From positions 1 to 64,000 of the IMG/VR virus record IMGVR_UViG_3300012000_000002: a stretch of DNA of 64,000 bases; one strand, 5' to 3'. The notes beneath the pieces are model-generated. The model searched no databases. It saw only the letters and a program-made list of their open reading frames with translations, and was not told the origin of the DNA. The stretch is from a virus. This document shows, piece by piece, positions 40,307 to 49,845 of this stretch. The stretch's first letter is position 1. Every line of letters begins with the position of its first letter. Made by a program: the position numbers and the translations under genes.

Positions 40307-41686
40307 ATGCAACACAACACTTTTATCGAGAAAAATAACACACAAAAAAACTTGGCTTTGTGCCTTGAAAAACTAGAAACAAACTTAGACAAAATATCTT
40401 TGGCTATTTCAACCGAAAACAAAACCTATCTGCAAAAAGATTCATATCAACTTATCGCAAAACTACTAACACCAAAAAACTCTTGGGAACGAATGCTATA
40501 CCAAGAGTTAATCCAAACATGCTATCAACTAGAACTTAAATGCCATAACACAAGCAACTTGTTTCTTCGATCATTTATCTCTCATGCTTATAACCACATA
40601 AAGAATGAAAATCAAACTCATAAGAGTGTTGTGGAACATAACCAAATAGAAGGAAGCAAGTACCTTCAAAACATATTGCAAAAATGTTATCCAGCAAGTC
40701 CAAGTCAAATCGATTGTATAATCAATGAGATAACCAATGACAAACATATGGCGGTAGCGGTTAAAGAAGCAATAAAGCTAGCTGGTATTGAAGGTAACAT
40801 ATTGCTAGAAGAACACGATCAAGCAAACACAATTGTTGAGCTTCAGTTTGGATATAACTTTAAAGTGTATCCGTTCAAAGGGTTTATTCCTCAGTTTGGT
40901 ACTTGGGCAAGAAACAACACAAAGGTTTTACTTGTTGATGGTATGATTGAAAAAGTTTCTGAGCTAGACAAGGTGTTAACAAAAAGCTTTGAAACAAAAA
41001 CACCAATGGTATTGATTGCTCAAGGATTCTCTGAAGAAGTTATTGCTACTCTTCATGCAAACAACAATAGGGGTAGCTTTGATATCATGCCTATCAGGTT
41101 AGAGCAATCGTTGGAAGCGTTAAACATGCTTAACGACATTGCTGTTGTTTCTGGATGTGATGTTGTTTCAACTTTAAAGGGTGAGTTACTTACATATGTT
41201 AACTACGATTCACTCCCAGTTGTGGACAAAGTATCGTTAACCGAAAAAGTTATTACCATTCATAACAACAACACAAGAGGAAATGTTATCGCTCATTTAA
41301 ACTACTTGAGCAATCGTCGTAAAGATCAAGCTGAAGGCGCATCTGTTTCTGACCTTGCAGATCTTACAACAAAACGAATTCAAAACCTTCTTGCTCACAT
41401 TGTTAAGATTAACATTCCAAAGGGGTCAGCAAACCGTTTTAAAGGCCCAATAGACAACGCTATTAGGGCTTGTAGGACTGCCTATACCTATGGCTTTTGC
41501 AAGCCATTAGAAATCGATTTAGAAGGCTTGGCAACGGATTGGAAACAAGCGCACAACCATATGCTTAACAACACAAAAAATAAAGATGTGTCAAGTATTG
41601 GTTTATATCTTGCGGCGATGTATGGAGCAAGTTTAGCTGGAAGTTACTTTACAGCTTCTGGAGCTGTTATATCAGCTACGGAGTAA
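40307..41686 (+). CDS. Degenerate GroEL-like chaperonin
   Basis: Intermediate and apical domains align to GroEL (EAIKLAGIEGNILLEE, VLLVDGMI, MVLIAQGFSEEVIATL, MLNDIAVVSG); ATP motifs absent. Confidence 0.75.
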   Translation: MQHNTFIEKNNTQKNLALCLEKLETNLDKISLAISTENKTYLQKDSYQLIAKLLTPKNSWERMLYQELIQTCYQLELKCHNTSNLFLRSFISHAYNHIKNENQTHKSVVEHNQIEGSKYLQNILQKCYPASPSQIDCIINEITNDKHMAVAVKEAIKLAGIEGNILLEEHDQANTIVELQFGYNFKVYPFKGFIPQFGTWARNNTKVLLVDGMIEKVSELDKVLTKSFETKTPMVLIAQGFSEEVIATLHANNNRGSFDIMPIRLEQSLEALNMLNDIAVVSGCDVVSTLKGELLTYVNYDSLPVVDKVSLTEKVITIHNNNTRGNVIAHLNYLSNRRKDQAEGASVSDLADLTTKRIQNLLAHIVKINIPKGSANRFKGPIDNAIRACRTAYTYGFCKPLEIDLEGLATDWKQAHNHMLNNTKNKDVSSIGLYLAAMYGASLAGSYFTASGAVISATE

Positions 41687-42268
41687 TGTTGTAGCTAGTT
41701 GATTGTGTGTTTCGTTTGAAACATATAGACGCATTGATGGAACGCTTTCGCACAAAGCTTTGAGATCTTTCAAAGAAAGTTTTACAAGTTCTTTGGCTAG
41801 CATGTTGACTACTGGTTGAACGTTACCTTCCATAAGTTTATACGCTTGTGATTTCTTAACGCAAAACTCTAAAAGCTGTACAGCGTCTTTACCGTATACA
41901 CCATACATTGTTTTTTCTTGTGAATGTTTTTGGACGGTAAGTTTTACTGCTTCGTTAATGCATTTGTTTAATGACTCGCAGATAAAAGTATAATTCACCA
42001 TTGATGCTTTGATAGCATTTGGTTTAGACTTACCTTCAAGCAAAACGTTAGAATTTTGTTGTACAAACATATGCAACGTTGGAACTTTTGTTTTAAATCT
42101 GTTTGCAACTTCTTCTAATTGTTCGATTTTAGCTGCTGTATTAACTGCTTCAGTGCTTTCCTTAAGAAAAACGTCAAAAGGATACACGCCTTTTTCCAAA
42201 AGCTTTACTCTTGCTTCCATAAGACGATTTGATTGGTATTGATTATAAGCTTGCTTTAATGTTGCCAT
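41672..42268 (-). CDS. Hypothetical late protein
   Basis: GGAG SD; TACTTA upstream. Confidence 0.65.
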   Translation of the reverse strand: MATLKQAYNQYQSNRLMEARVKLLEKGVYPFDVFLKESTEAVNTAAKIEQLEEVANRFKTKVPTLHMFVQQNSNVLLEGKSKPNAIKASMVNYTFICESLNKCINEAVKLTVQKHSQEKTMYGVYGKDAVQLLEFCVKKSQAYKLMEGNVQPVVNMLAKELVKLSLKDLKALCESVPSMRLYVSNETHNQLATTLLRS

Positions 42269-42355
42269 GTTTACTCCAGAGTTTGACTATAAGTATCGTG
42301 TTTTAAACAAAACCGTTGTAAAATCTTATTTGTGTGTTATCCTAAAGGTATCAAT

Positions 42356-43048
42356 ATGGAGATCAAGCAAAAAAAATCTATATCACTTGAAGAGCTTATT
42401 GAAATGGATAAGCAACGTCAAGCCGAAGAACAAATAAAAGTTCCTTCCAAGGCTAAAACCTTAAAAGAACAAGAACAAAGTTCAAGTGAAGAAAAAGATT
42501 ATCGAGACAAGTATTATTTGCCTGTATTGAACATTAATCAAAATCATGAATGGGAAAGCAAACCAAAGGAAGAACGTAAACATTTTACGGATGAAGTTGC
42601 AGTTGCAACTTGTCTTGGAAACTGTTGTGGTGTGCCGGGTCTAAAAGGTGCATGTTGTCATTTAGATCCGTTAGATTTAGAACACGTACTTGGTCCCGTT
42701 GACGAAGAATGGATCAAGGATATTGTAAAATGGTTTCGAAAAAAGGGAGTAAACTTTTCCAGACAAGACATTGTAATCGATTATGAAGAAGGCGTTGTTA
42801 TTGGTGACACATTGTTTAAGGATGCACCAAACAACGCTGTGTTTAAAGACAAGAAAGCTTATCCTTTTTTGAGGTTTCAAGTTCTTGGACCAAGGTATGT
42901 TTGCAAATTCATGAATCCAACAACTTATAAGTGTACCATATACGAAGCAAGACCTAATATGTGTAGAACATACTATTGCAATTATATTCAAACAAACTTT
43001 CTTGTAAAAACCAAAGATAAGCCAAACACATGGCGAAAAATGAGATAA
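42356..43048 (+). CDS. YkgJ/CxxCxxCC cysteine-cluster protein
   Basis: CLGNCC...ACC and CKF....KCTIYEARPNMCRTYYC. Confidence 0.75.
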   Translation: MEIKQKKSISLEELIEMDKQRQAEEQIKVPSKAKTLKEQEQSSSEEKDYRDKYYLPVLNINQNHEWESKPKEERKHFTDEVAVATCLGNCCGVPGLKGACCHLDPLDLEHVLGPVDEEWIKDIVKWFRKKGVNFSRQDIVIDYEEGVVIGDTLFKDAPNNAVFKDKKAYPFLRFQVLGPRYVCKFMNPTTYKCTIYEARPNMCRTYYCNYIQTNFLVKTKDKPNTWRKMR

Positions 43049-43060
43049 AGGATAACAAAC

Positions 43061-43546
43061 ATGAAAAACTGGAAAGACGCTGATGGAACCGTTGTTAGTA
43101 ACGATCATATGATTGATTGGGTTAAGCAAAACTGTCCCTTGTACAAACAAGATTATGAATTGATTGTAGGTGTTGATTCACATCTTCACGGCAACCAATA
43201 TAAATTCGTTGCGGTTGTTTGCGTGTATTACAAAGGTCGTGGAGGGTTTTACTACTACACAACCTCGGAACAAAATCGTAGAGAGTTTAAAGGCATATAC
43301 CCAGCAAGAGTAAAAGCTCGTATGTTTCATGAAACAAGTATTGCTATCGAGCTAGCTACCGAGATTCAAGAAAAAACAGGTAAAACTCCAGTTATTCATA
43401 TTGATGCTTCACCACCGAACGCTGGTGAAGTTACAAGCTTGTTTTCCGATCAACTAAAAGGTTATGTGGTTGCTTCTGGTTTTGAAGCAGTGCTTAAGCC
43501 TTGGAGTTTTGTTTCTTCTGGTATTGCAAATAAGCACAGCAAGTAA
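43061..43546 (+). CDS. RNase H-like YkuK (DUF458) family protein
   Basis: VGVDSH, RMFHETSIAIE, IHID, KPWSFVSSGIANKH. Confidence 0.75.
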   Translation: MKNWKDADGTVVSNDHMIDWVKQNCPLYKQDYELIVGVDSHLHGNQYKFVAVVCVYYKGRGGFYYYTTSEQNRREFKGIYPARVKARMFHETSIAIELATEIQEKTGKTPVIHIDASPPNAGEVTSLFSDQLKGYVVASGFEAVLKPWSFVSSGIANKHSK

Positions 43547-43592
43547 TACATTATTTGCAATTCTTAAAAAGAATAACAACACGGAGAAAAAT

Positions 43593-43919
43593 ATGACTGA
43601 CGAAAATCGAGTAAAGCTAGATACGGCTATTGAAAAAGAAGTACACAAACTAGTTCATTCAATATCTGAAGGAGTGTATGACAGAGTACAACTTCAAGCA
43701 CGTAAACAAAATCTACCTATTGAACCAGAAGTTCTAACTCATATTCTTAAGATGGTACAAATTTCTATCACAGAGTTCGAATTCAAAAACATTGATAGGT
43801 TTCACGCAAACATCAAACAAAAACTTGATGATTATGTAGGCGAAGAAAACCCTACCGATCTGTTGACTACAACCGAGTCAACAACAAAAAAAGTCCGAGC
43901 AAAATCAGCTATAGCGTGA
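43593..43919 (+). CDS. Hypothetical protein
   Basis: GGAG SD before MTDENRV. Confidence 0.6.
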   Translation: MTDENRVKLDTAIEKEVHKLVHSISEGVYDRVQLQARKQNLPIEPEVLTHILKMVQISITEFEFKNIDRFHANIKQKLDDYVGEENPTDLLTTTESTTKKVRAKSAIA

Positions 43920-43961
43920 TAGCTGGTTTGTTGTTAACAATTATAACAGTGCTTGTACGCT

Positions 43962-44420
43962 ATGCTTGAATCAATCAAACATCTAATAACTTGCAACTGT
44001 GTTTTGCGTCAATATCAAGAAGTCGAACCAACAGTTTTTCATCAGTTTGTTGTGTTTTCTGTTATCAATCAAGACGGCAGCATTAAACCGTCATATGCGA
44101 AATGTAACAACTGCGGTGCTATTCACAAAGTAACCGAAGTTAATGTTTCAGAACGCTTGAAAAAAGAAGACAGCCCATTGGTACCAGACGTAGAAGAAAT
44201 AAAATCAACGTTGCCAAAAAAGCTTGTTAGCTTGCTAGCAAAATACGATTTAGCACTACCAACTTGGCAAGAAATCAAATTCAATCACGAAAATCAAAAA
44301 TGGGATCGTCCTGTGATTTTATATCGTGAAAAACAAGGCGAAGAATACCAAGGGAAATATCTTCTTATGGCAGGTAAAACTCTTTGGAAGATTGAATCGT
44401 TTTCAACGGAGGAACTATGA
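43962..44420 (+). CDS. Hypothetical Zn-binding protein
   Basis: CNC...CNNCGAIH. Confidence 0.55.
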   Translation: MLESIKHLITCNCVLRQYQEVEPTVFHQFVVFSVINQDGSIKPSYAKCNNCGAIHKVTEVNVSERLKKEDSPLVPDVEEIKSTLPKKLVSLLAKYDLALPTWQEIKFNHENQKWDRPVILYREKQGEEYQGKYLLMAGKTLWKIESFSTEEL

Positions 44421-44734
44421 GCGAAGAAAACACAATGCTTACAGATGAATCTGAAGCTAAAGAAGGCGAAGCCTACGTTATTCCAAACTATGTAGAAACA
44501 AAGCTTTCAAAAGAAAAACGTATGGAATGTCGAGGTATTGTAAAAACAATCAATCAATACGGCGTATCCCAACGTATGAAGCTTTATCTCATATATCTTC
44601 TTGCGCTGGAACTTGAAAATCGTGATTCAATGATGAAGATAGCTAAAATCGTCGGTGAATGCAAAGATGCAATCGAAGATAGCAAGCTCATTGTTGATAA
44701 CAAAGAACCTGCCAAAAAACTAATTCTTGGCTAA
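44417..44734 (+). CDS. Hypothetical protein
   Basis: GGAGG SD; ATGA overlap with the previous gene. Confidence 0.65.
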   Translation: MSEENTMLTDESEAKEGEAYVIPNYVETKLSKEKRMECRGIVKTINQYGVSQRMKLYLIYLLALELENRDSMMKIAKIVGECKDAIEDSKLIVDNKEPAKKLILG

Positions 44735-45495
44735 AGCTTTATAGCCAGTGGGCATCCTTTGTCCTCCCATTGCTTAAGCAATAAACCTAATGTTTCGAAG
44801 TTTGGCTTTTCATCTTTTACAAGATTATAACCATTTTGAAAAGCCAAACAAGCTGTTGAGCTTTTCGTGCCCCAAGATGCGTCAACTTTTACTCCAAGTA
44901 AATGTTGTGCAACAATAACTTGACAACGATATACAACCTTTTTCCATGACTCAACGCTTTTATCTGGGCTAGCTTGAGTTACTGGTCCCTTATACCCAGC
45001 TAAACACAACTCCAGAAACCAACTTGAATTCGGTTTCCAAAAAGCTTCACCTGTTTTGTTATAACGTTTATCTTTTAGATTTGGAACCGAAGGAACAAAT
45101 CGTTCCACCCATTCACGATAAAAGTGCAACGGTTCCACATATCCACGGTAATAAACAATTGCCTCATCGCCAGAAGCAACGTGTCCTTCGTCTTGGTACC
45201 AAGGAGCACTAACCTTGTAATGCTTTTTATATGAGTCCGCATAAGCTTTGTTGATTTTCCAACCACCAAAGTTATAGCCGTTCCAATATTTACCCCATCC
45301 AGTTTCAGAAACAAAGTTTCCAATAATCCAAAATATTTGTTCGGTTGTTAGCGATGAATTACATTTGCGTAAAGACTTATAAGAGCAAAGAATAAACACA
45401 ACACTTTTTGTGAGATCGTCCAGCTTTTTGTAAGCTTCTGGTTGTTGATTGTTCTTTATTTCTGTAGTTGGATCTAGCCAAGATGGTAAAGGCAT
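44731..45495 (-). CDS. GH73/FlgJ-like muramidase with peptidoglycan-binding tail
   Basis: SETGWG...YNFGGWK...YRGY...RY...GY; C-terminal LGVKVDASWGTKS. Confidence 0.6.
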   Translation of the reverse strand: MPLPSWLDPTTEIKNNQQPEAYKKLDDLTKSVVFILCSYKSLRKCNSSLTTEQIFWIIGNFVSETGWGKYWNGYNFGGWKINKAYADSYKKHYKVSAPWYQDEGHVASGDEAIVYYRGYVEPLHFYREWVERFVPSVPNLKDKRYNKTGEAFWKPNSSWFLELCLAGYKGPVTQASPDKSVESWKKVVYRCQVIVAQHLLGVKVDASWGTKSSTACLAFQNGYNLVKDEKPNFETLGLLLKQWEDKGCPLAIKL

Positions 45496-45498
45496 GAT

Positions 45499-45735
45499 TT
45501 ATTTCTCCACGGCAACAAGACGTTTTTCTGAACCGTTCTCTTTGATAACTACAACTCCACTAAAAGAGTTATGACTATAGTTTTCGGTATATACTCCTCC
45601 AAGTGTTTGCTTGTCTAGCTTTGTTTGAGTGTTGCCTGTGTTGTCTTGAAAATGAACAAAATGGCTTATAACTTCTTGGTAATAACCATCTTTGCGCTTG
45701 TGATAACTTTTTTCAATACTTGGCCAGATTTTCAT
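45499..45735 (-). CDS. Hypothetical protein
   Basis: AGGAG SD before MKIWP. Confidence 0.6.
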   Translation of the reverse strand: MKIWPSIEKSYHKRKDGYYQEVISHFVHFQDNTGNTQTKLDKQTLGGVYTENYSHNSFSGVVVIKENGSEKRLVAVEK

Positions 45736-45790
45736 GTTAACACTCCTTTGATATAAGATTACTATGTATAGTGTAAGGTGTTTTGTCAAT

Positions 45791-46855
45791 ATGATCCTAC
45801 TTGAAGATCTTTTATACGAAGAATATGAGAACGAAGGAGCTGGATACGAAGCGCAAGTTATAACTGCTCTTGTGGCAGCGGGGATGAGTCCTAAAACGAT
45901 TATAGGTGCTGGCTCTGATCGTCATAGTGTTGATGCTGAATTCTCATTAAAGGATGGCGACGGTAACGTTGTTGGCCCATATCGATTAGAAATCAAGAAA
46001 GATTTTAAAGCACAACTTGGTGGAAGTAGCTGGGATATAAGCGATCCAAACAACATACGCTTTCTGTCTGATCTTGGCACAAGCAGAGCAATGCTTAAGG
46101 CGCATGATGAAATGAAAGCGGTTCTTGAAGCTGCTCTTGGAACCGGTGGAGCTTTAAAACGTTTGCGGCGATTTCTTAAAAACTTTAAAGCAGGTGCTTA
46201 TGTTGTAAAAGGTAAAAAGTTTAAAGAAACAAAAGAAGGTGAAGCTTACAACCTTGCAGGAGATGGTTTGAAATGCACACGCTTGGCATGGGCAGCAGCG
46301 CAAGAACGAGGTTTGCTTGAAGCATTAAACATAAACGTTCTTGCTCATTCAAAGTTCATGACAACTCTATATTCACAAAAAGGTATATATTACGCACAAA
46401 TTGGTGGTAGAGAAAACGATCACCGAGGATTTTATATTCTTGGTGCTGATCCAGCTAACCTTGCCGCTATTGGTGTTCCTCGTCTATCAACCCTAGCTTC
46501 AAAAAACAAGTTCTTTGTTGAAATGAGAGCCACGCCGGGAGGAAGCGGAACATATCTTTATCTACGTATTCGTTGTCAGGGAAGATTGCATATATCAACA
46601 CCTATTCCAGAAGACTATTCACCTTTCACAGTAGACACACCAGCAGGTGCCAAACATCTCATGAGAACTTATATGGATATATCACCACCAAAAAGAAAAA
46701 GACTGCAAACAGAAGCAAAAGAAACTACATCTTCTGACGTAACCATTGACAGCATCGTGCAATCAGATGAACCAATAGAAGATGCCGAAGTATATACACC
46801 AGACAACGTTGACCTTGATTGGCTATCTCAAGGTGGCTACGAACCAATCACTTAA
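45791..46855 (+). CDS. PD-(D/E)XK nuclease-like protein with head-type leader
   Basis: GYEAQV...SVDAEF...LEIKK..KAQLG; leader MILLEDLLYE. Confidence 0.5.
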   Translation: MILLEDLLYEEYENEGAGYEAQVITALVAAGMSPKTIIGAGSDRHSVDAEFSLKDGDGNVVGPYRLEIKKDFKAQLGGSSWDISDPNNIRFLSDLGTSRAMLKAHDEMKAVLEAALGTGGALKRLRRFLKNFKAGAYVVKGKKFKETKEGEAYNLAGDGLKCTRLAWAAAQERGLLEALNINVLAHSKFMTTLYSQKGIYYAQIGGRENDHRGFYILGADPANLAAIGVPRLSTLASKNKFFVEMRATPGGSGTYLYLRIRCQGRLHISTPIPEDYSPFTVDTPAGAKHLMRTYMDISPPKRKRLQTEAKETTSSDVTIDSIVQSDEPIEDAEVYTPDNVDLDWLSQGGYEPIT

Positions 46856-47663
46856 TCAATAAATCGATAGGACGGGAAACCCACATACCATGAAGGTTAC
46901 CGTTCGCTTTTAAAGCTCTTACAGTGGCAGGACCGGGAATACCATCACAATCCTTGTCAGAGAATCCTAAAACCTTCTGACGGACCTTCCAAGTGGCTTT
47001 ATCGTCATCATTGTCGAATGAGTAAGTTTCGTATCCAGCTTTCTTTAAAGCTTGTTGAAGATATGGACCGGGATCGCCATATCCACGATTTGTTGTTTGA
47101 TGATAATGAGCATAAACACCAACAACATCTTTACCATTGTTGCTGCCAGCGATACGTTTAACAACACCTTTTGGTGGACAATCGTTTTTCATATCCCAAG
47201 GTATTTGACGTTGGATTCCCAATTTAGCTGTTAGAAAATCAATAAACTCTACAGCTTTAGCAATTTGTTCTTCGTACAAATCACCATTATCATGTTGTAC
47301 TAACTCAAACCCACAAGTAAACGGATTGACACTTGATGCTTGCCATGTATAGAATTTTGTTGGATCGTTTTGAACCAACCATTCTCCGTTTAAATCACAG
47401 GTAAAGTCCCATGAAACTTGTCTTGTTGTGTTAACTTGATATTTTGCTTGAGCAATATCAATACTTGTGTTTGGTCCCAAACCGGGAAGAAGCTTGCCAA
47501 GTTTACCGTGAATGGTATGACAAACAATTGAACGTAACCACAAGCTTCTTGAATTTTTATTTGTTACTTCTTTTAATCCAAGTGTTTTAGCTTCTGGGTC
47601 TTGCCAAGAAATTGTTTTAACACCGGGGATATCGAACTTTTGCTCGTTAAGGATAATAGACAT
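46848..47663 (-). CDS. Endolysin: N-acetylmuramoyl-L-alanine amidase (Amidase_2) with PG-binding domain
   Basis: IVCHT, CGFEL, AHYHQ....GDPG; C-terminal DGIPGPATVRAL. Confidence 0.8.
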   Translation of the reverse strand: MSIILNEQKFDIPGVKTISWQDPEAKTLGLKEVTNKNSRSLWLRSIVCHTIHGKLGKLLPGLGPNTSIDIAQAKYQVNTTRQVSWDFTCDLNGEWLVQNDPTKFYTWQASSVNPFTCGFELVQHDNGDLYEEQIAKAVEFIDFLTAKLGIQRQIPWDMKNDCPPKGVVKRIAGSNNGKDVVGVYAHYHQTTNRGYGDPGPYLQQALKKAGYETYSFDNDDDKATWKVRQKVLGFSDKDCDGIPGPATVRALKANGNLHGMWVSRPIDLLIK

Positions 47664-47667
47664 AAGA

Positions 47668-47700
47668 AAACCTCCTATAGCGTTAACTAGTAGGAGGTTT
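47668..47700 (-). promoter_or_regulatory. Hairpin sequestering the endolysin SD, with late-promoter-like loop; may also terminate upstream transcription
   Basis: AAACCTCCTA-ctagttaacgcta-TAGGAGGTTT-tctt-ATG. Confidence 0.75.
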
Positions 47701-47724
47701 CTATATTAACGATAGTGGTAATTA

Positions 47725-48153
47725 TCAAGTACCAGAGAATGATAGAGAGCCGCTCCTGCCGATAACGAGAAAGCTCTTACCATCTGAAATAAGTGATACC
47801 GAGCTACCGATTACGTTTGCAACAGCCACTTTTGAACCGTTTCCTGTTCCATCGGTGAAAGCTTTTGTTCCGTTTGCTTCTTGTGAGCAAGTAAGAGCGT
47901 TAGCTTGAGCTGTAACAGAGCGGAATGTGAAAACTGAACCGGGGCAACTTGATGCAAGTGGCATCACATATGTTACAGCGGAACCGCCTGTACCAAAAGT
48001 AAATGCACCAGCTTGAGCTGCTGAAATTGTAGCTGCTGTTGTAAGAGCAATCACTGGAGCTTGTAACCCACTGATTGTTACTGTTCCAGTACCTGCTGGG
48101 TCATTTGTTGATACTACACCTAATGTTGCGTCAATTGTTGTTGTAACTGCCAT
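47725..48153 (-). CDS. Small abundant virion protein (decoration/fibre-like)
   Basis: A/T/G/S-rich; AGGAG SD; biased codons. Confidence 0.55.
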   Translation of the reverse strand: MAVTTTIDATLGVVSTNDPAGTGTVTISGLQAPVIALTTAATISAAQAGAFTFGTGGSAVTYVMPLASSCPGSVFTFRSVTAQANALTCSQEANGTKAFTDGTGNGSKVAVANVIGSSVSLISDGKSFLVIGRSGSLSFSGT

Positions 48154-48211
48154 TTTAAATTCTCCTACCTTTATTTAGGTTACATTTAATTATGACATGT
48201 CGATTGTTTTA

Positions 48212-48460
48212 TCATTGAGACTCATGCTTTTCTTCTTCGGTACCTGTTGCTGTTTTGTCTTCACTCCATCTACGGCCCCAATACAAAGCAAGAATTGGTG
48301 TAAGATAAGCCATAGCTTCAGAACCAGAAAACGCACGAATTTCAATGTTGCCAATTTTGGCTACAATAGAAACAGTAAGCCAAAGAGTTACAACCACAAA
48401 TGCAATAACCATCATTGTGTATGATGCAGATTTAGTACCTGCTGAATTTTTTAACAACAT
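48212..48460 (-). CDS. Holin-like small membrane protein
   Basis: Two TM helices and a charged C-tail; lies between the spanins and the endolysin. Confidence 0.5.
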   Translation of the reverse strand: MLLKNSAGTKSASYTMMVIAFVVVTLWLTVSIVAKIGNIEIRAFSGSEAMAYLTPILALYWGRRWSEDKTATGTEEEKHESQ

Positions 48461-48472
48461 AACTTAGTCTCC

Positions 48473-49096
48473 TTAACGACTAAGTAGGATGATTGCAGCA
48501 GTTGTTCCAGAAGCTAAAGCAATACCACCAACGGTTAAACCAACAACAAACCATACATTACTTGTTGGTGATCTACGCAAAGTTTCTATTGTTGCATCAG
48601 CTTCACGCAAAGCTATGTCTCTTTGATTTACACGGGCTTGATAAGCTGCACGCAACAAACCAAAATCATTTTGTAACAAATTGATATCACGAATAGCATT
48701 TGCACCTATTGTTTCCAATTGAGTGAAGTTGTTTTCGTTTACGGTTCTTATAGCTTGCCTTGTAGACGCATCAATATGAGCCAATGATACATTATTAACA
48801 CACACGCCGGGAAAAGGACCAACAACGTGATTTCTAGGTATTCGTAATATCCCTTCATTGATTTGTGCTCTTGTATACATTTCAATTCCAACAGCTTCTG
48901 CTGGAGCTTGTCTTAACAAAGACCTTGTATCAACTGTGATATCTTGTCTTGGTCTTTGTGGGCGATAACGATTTAAATCAACTTGAGTTAAAGCAACTTC
49001 TGTTTCGTTTGCAAATCTTCTTTGTGTTGAACTAGTTGTTGCATTGCAAGCAGTCAAAGCAAGCAACAAAGCAGAAACAAGTTTTTTCATAATCAA
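48473..49096 (-). CDS. Lipoprotein, o-spanin-like, with C-terminal TM segment
   Basis: Lipobox LLLALTA-C; coiled coil; overlaps the end of the i-spanin-like gene. Confidence 0.5.
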   Translation of the reverse strand: MIMKKLVSALLLALTACNATTSSTQRRFANETEVALTQVDLNRYRPQRPRQDITVDTRSLLRQAPAEAVGIEMYTRAQINEGILRIPRNHVVGPFPGVCVNNVSLAHIDASTRQAIRTVNENNFTQLETIGANAIRDINLLQNDFGLLRAAYQARVNQRDIALREADATIETLRRSPTSNVWFVVGLTVGGIALASGTTAAIILLSR

Positions 49097-49515
49097 CCTC
49101 TATCAATTCTTATGCCATAAGTTTCAAACAAACTTTGAGACATTTGTTCGGGGTTGTTTTGATATCTAGCAATCAATTCTTTGATTTCTTTTTCCTTAAG
49201 CTTAAGGATATTTTCCATTTCTTTTTCGTGTCGTTGTTGAATGTCTCTTAAGAGTTGTTGATAATCGGATTCAATCTTTCTGCGCTTGATAATTTCTTGT
49301 TCAATTTGTTGAGCTAGTTCATTAATGTTTCGTTGATTTGCTTCACGGGTTCTTTGTTGTTCGTCAATCATACGATTGATAACATCTTGCTTTTGTTTCA
49401 AAACAACAACAGCGTAAAACAAAACCAAAGCAAAACCAATTTCTAACCAATGGTTTTTTAAGAAAGCTTTTACTTTTTCAAAAAACAACTTAACTTCTAA
49501 TTTTTTCAGTTCCAT
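49093..49515 (-). CDS. i-spanin-like protein
   Basis: N-terminal TM followed by a long coiled coil. Confidence 0.5.
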   Translation of the reverse strand: MELKKLEVKLFFEKVKAFLKNHWLEIGFALVLFYAVVVLKQKQDVINRMIDEQQRTREANQRNINELAQQIEQEIIKRRKIESDYQQLLRDIQQRHEKEMENILKLKEKEIKELIARYQNNPEQMSQSLFETYGIRIDRG

Positions 49516-49841
49516 TTTTTATCGTTCTTTTCTGCGGTGGCCGTTTCAGCTTCTTCTTCGGGTTCATGATATGAAGAAGGTTCCGACGCACCAATGTTGT
49601 TTAGTAGTTCTTCATGTGCCAAACTCAAATAAGCAACGTGTTGCTTGATATCTTTTAACAAAGATCGATCTATGATTTGAGCTTTTTGTATGCCTGCTAT
49701 ACTACTTTCTATCACTTTAAGACGATCCAGTAAAGCTTTATTTTCAAATTCTTTCAATCTAGCGAACAATTCTTCGATGTTGATATCTTCTCCCGATAGG
49801 ATTTTTGGTGTTTCATCAACCTTTTTTTTCTTGTTCGCCAT
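49506..49841 (-). CDS. Hypothetical coiled-coil protein
   Basis: AAGGA SD; part of a coupled operon. Confidence 0.6.
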   Translation of the reverse strand: MANKKKKVDETPKILSGEDINIEELFARLKEFENKALLDRLKVIESSIAGIQKAQIIDRSLLKDIKQHVAYLSLAHEELLNNIGASEPSSYHEPEEEAETATAEKNDKKWN

Positions 49842-49845
49842 AATG

